A stretch of DNA of 64,000 nt, from the NCBI RefSeq assembly GCF_964355755.1, contig NC_092678.1, forward strand, positions 3,364,422 to 3,428,421, read 5' to 3'. The number at the start of each line of letters is the position of its first letter. The stretch's first letter is position 1. The stretch is from Antedon mediterranea. Lineage: Eukaryota > Animalia > Echinodermata. A model generated the notes under the pieces. That model was not told the origin of the DNA and did no database searches. It saw only the letters and a list, made by a program, of their open reading frames with translations. The translations under genes and the position numbers were made by a program. Of the stretch, positions 62,859 through 64,000 are shown piece after piece.

Positions 62859-64000
62859 GTAAGTACAACAACTCATGAGAAAAAAAGAAAAAAACAGGGA
62901 TGGTGGGGGTAGGGACACACACCAGGTTAAGAGATTCAACCATATGATAGACACAATTTGTGAAATAGTATAACATAAAGAATTTAAGAGATATAAACAA
63001 ATTGATTTAGTGTTAGTATGAATAGACAAATACAAATTTAGATTAGAATGAATAATTTATTGATAGTGAACAGGATATAAATCTGTATGGAGAAAGGATA
63101 AACAAACTCTATTGAAAAAGCCACAAAGGATTATGAGTAATGCTTTAATTGTTGGACTGATAGCAACAATTATAAGGAAACCATTCAATTGAAAACATGT
63201 AATTCAACTGTAAACTGCACAACTATCCTATTATTAAATGTCAATGATAAAGATCTCATGGCAAATTTTAGGTCCTGTCCTGTTTGTATTGTAATTTGCA
63301 AAATTATGAAGGGGGTCCCTGGGGCTGGCTTGGCCCAGGGGCTGGCTTGGCCCCGCCCCTTTGAGTCACGTATGATTGTTAGTATAAAAGGTAGCAAAAT
63401 TGGTTTTTAAAGGTGGAATTTAAGTTTAAGAATGTAGAGAGTGTGTGTAAAACAAATAACTGAAACTAACATCCAGAAGTTGTTTAAAAGTGGCTGAAAA
63501 CCACCCTATGTTTAAAAAACAATTTCTACTCAGATGGTAGACTGACCACTGCATTTATTATCATTAGACCTATACTTAAGATTTCTCACAATTATATTCA
63601 CTAAAATATTTATTTCTGTTGCAGAAACAGATGTTAAGTAGGTTGATGCAGCAAAGTGATATTAAATTTTCAGGAAACTCTTCTATTTCATTATCATAAT
63701 GATAAAAAGCATTTTTAATGTGCCATATATCCGATATAATTTCTCATATATAGTAGTACAGTGTAATAAAATAACATGTTAAATAGAACTGTAACTTCCT
63801 CATATTCTGCTTATATAAATAGGGTGATGATGATCTTTGAAATTCACCTCTATGACTTCACAATCATTTTTTAGTACCCATATGCTTCCTTGTTTGTATA
63901 CAGTAATACTATTTCCTGGTAGTACTCCGACCAGTTTAATCCACTACTAACCGGGTCAAAAAATGGTATTCTAATACATTCAGTTCTAGAAAATTTTATT

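Overview
AT-rich eukaryotic (animal) genomic DNA. The spliceosomal introns, plexin, twinfilin and Deu/Nin-domain SINEs suggest an invertebrate, possibly a deuterostome such as an echinoderm (inference only). The window has two compartments. (1) About 1-35 kb is repeat-dense: scrambled and triplicated unprocessed SPT6 pseudogene fragments, a Helentron-type non-autonomous element, several minisatellites and kb-scale tandem arrays, a foldback-like minisatellite element, a Sola2-like transposase relic, LINE fragments and a ~172-bp satellite. It also holds a candidate two-exon orphan gene (Arg/Pro-rich, 277 aa, minus strand, five CCAAT boxes upstream) faced by three inverted, truncated, spliceable 22-codon paralogs. 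(2) About 37-64 kb is gene-dense: twinfilin (+, 9 exons, with a U12 AT-AC intron), TIMMDC1 (-), TMEM229A-like (+), a leucine-dehydrogenase-like Glu/Leu/Phe/Val dehydrogenase with a likely mitochondrial presequence (-), and the 5' part of a plexin (+). The strongest signal is in the dehydrogenase, which has two duplicated 122-nt, apparently mutually exclusive exons: one encodes the catalytic GGGK motif, the other GGGI. All exon structures were read by hand from the sequence; homology calls rest on recalled family motifs, not on searches.
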